64,000 nucleotides of DNA, from assembly GCA_030390025.1 (NCBI GenBank), contig CM059433.1:8372001-8436000 (forward strand). The letters are read 5' to 3'. The translations under genes were made by a program, and so were the position numbers. This DNA comes from Squalus acanthias (Eukaryota). The notes below the pieces were generated by a model. It was not told the origin of the DNA. It saw only the letters and a list, made by a program, of their open reading frames with translations, and did not search any database. Position 1 is the stretch's first letter, and every line of letters starts with the position of its first letter. Positions 62,598-64,000 of this stretch are shown piece by piece.

Positions 62598-62735
62598 AGC
62601 TTTTGGTCACCTGTCCTAATATCTCCTCATGTGGCTCGCTGTCAAATGTTGTTTGATATTCGCTCCTGTGAAGCACCTTGGGACGTTTCACTATGTTAAA
62701 GGCGCTATATAAATACAAGTTGTTCTTGTTGTTGC
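62598..62735 (+). mobile_element. L2 3' terminal fragment
   Basis: gcttttggtcacctgtcctaatatctcc...aaaggcgctatataaatacaagttgtt. Confidence 0.85.
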
Positions 62736-62844
62736 CGTTAAAGTTAAAGTTATGATAGTGTACATTTGTCTCTCTGTCATAAAGAGTGTATTAAATGTAC
62801 ACTTTATGTCACATTCAAAATTAGTATGAATTGGCTACCACTTC

Positions 62845-63460
62845 ACGTAAATACTGTGGCAACAAGAGCAGGTCAGAGGCTGGGTATTCTGCGGAGAGTG
62901 TCTCACCTCCTGACTCCCCAAAGCCTTTCCACCATCTACAAGGCACAAGTATGGAGTGTGATGGAATACTCTCCACTTGCCTGGATGAGTGCAGCTCCAA
63001 CAACACTCAGGAAGCTCGACACCATCCAGGACAAAGCAGCCCGCTTGATTGGCGCCCCACCCACCACCTTAAACATTCACTCCTCCACCACCGGCGCACC
63101 GTGGCTGCAGTGTGTACCATCTACAAGATGCACTGCAGCAACTCGCCAAGGCTTCTTCAGCAGCACCTCCCAAACCCGCAACCTCTACCCCTAGAAGGAC
63201 AAGGGCAGCAGGTGCATGGGAACACCATCACCTCCAAGTTCCCCTCCAAGTCACACACCATCCTGACTTAGAAGTATATCGCCGATCCTTCATCGTCGCT
63301 GGGTCAAAATCCTGGAACTCCCTCCCTAACAGCACTGTGGGAGCACCTTCACCACACGGACTGCAGCGGTTCAAGAAGGCGGCTCACCACCACCTTCTCA
63401 AGGGCAATTAGGGATGGGCAATAAACCACGCCCACATCCCATAAACAAATTTAAAAAAAC
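62845..63460 (+). mobile_element. CR1-like LINE (second family) 3' fragment
   Basis: GQRLGILRRV..STIYKAQVWSVMEYSPLAW..LDTIQDKAARLIG; poly-A tail. Confidence 0.85.
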
Positions 63461-64000
63461 ACCAACAGAAAAGAGGCGCAAAGGAGTCATTATATGAAAT
63501 TGTGCTCCCACACGGAGCCCAGCTTAACAGGAGCACATGAGGAATTGGGGGGTGTGCCCCCCACCGTTAATGGGTGTATCATTGTGCGGGCGGTGCGCTG
63601 AAAATCCTCATATAAATCGCTAACCAGCAAGACACTATACCAGGAACACAAATTCATAATGTTCGACCTTCTAGCACGCCAGTAAATGCTTTAGTACAAA
63701 CCGAAGTTGAGAGTGAGAGTAAGCGTGTCAGAATTAAAGAAAAAACTGACATTGCTTTGCTTCAAGCCTTGGTGTTCACACCCACACTACAAATTGAAGC
63801 TGTATCTAGAGCGGCTCTCGGTGGTATCCTGATATAAAACAGACTGAATACAAAATAACTTCAAACCATTAAAGTAACTGAGCACATCTTATGCATGTGC
63901 AATTGTGGGAGATTTTTTCAAAATATATATATAAAAACATTCATTTCCAAAGAACATTTAACTGCCTAAGGGGCGGAGTTGGGAATTGGGGTTGCGGGGT

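Overview
Eukaryotic, repeat-rich genomic DNA, inferred to be from a cartilaginous fish (shark). The inference rests on about 14 SacSINE1/DeuSINE-like copies, 2 HE1-like V-SINEs, and abundant CR1 and L2 LINE fragments. Nearly all long ORFs in the track are decayed transposon fragments or repeat artefacts. Main contents: CR1, L2, RTE and a second CR1-like LINE class with their partner SINEs; three decayed PIF/Harbinger transposons, two of which show the transposase plus Myb/SANT architecture; a set of GC-rich Harbinger-type MITEs with 3-bp TSDs; Penelope-associated repeats carrying minimal type I hammerhead ribozymes, one a 98-nt insertion with a 13-bp TSD; and two minisatellites. A chain of short, phase-compatible candidate exons on the minus strand (61885 to 15491) suggests the window lies inside a long-intron protein-coding gene that I cannot identify. 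A 27-bp minisatellite just downstream of one candidate exon repeats a splice-site-like YAG|GTGAGA motif. No rRNA, true tRNA or CRISPR features were seen. Repeat family names come from recognition, not from a database search, and boundaries without TSDs are approximate.
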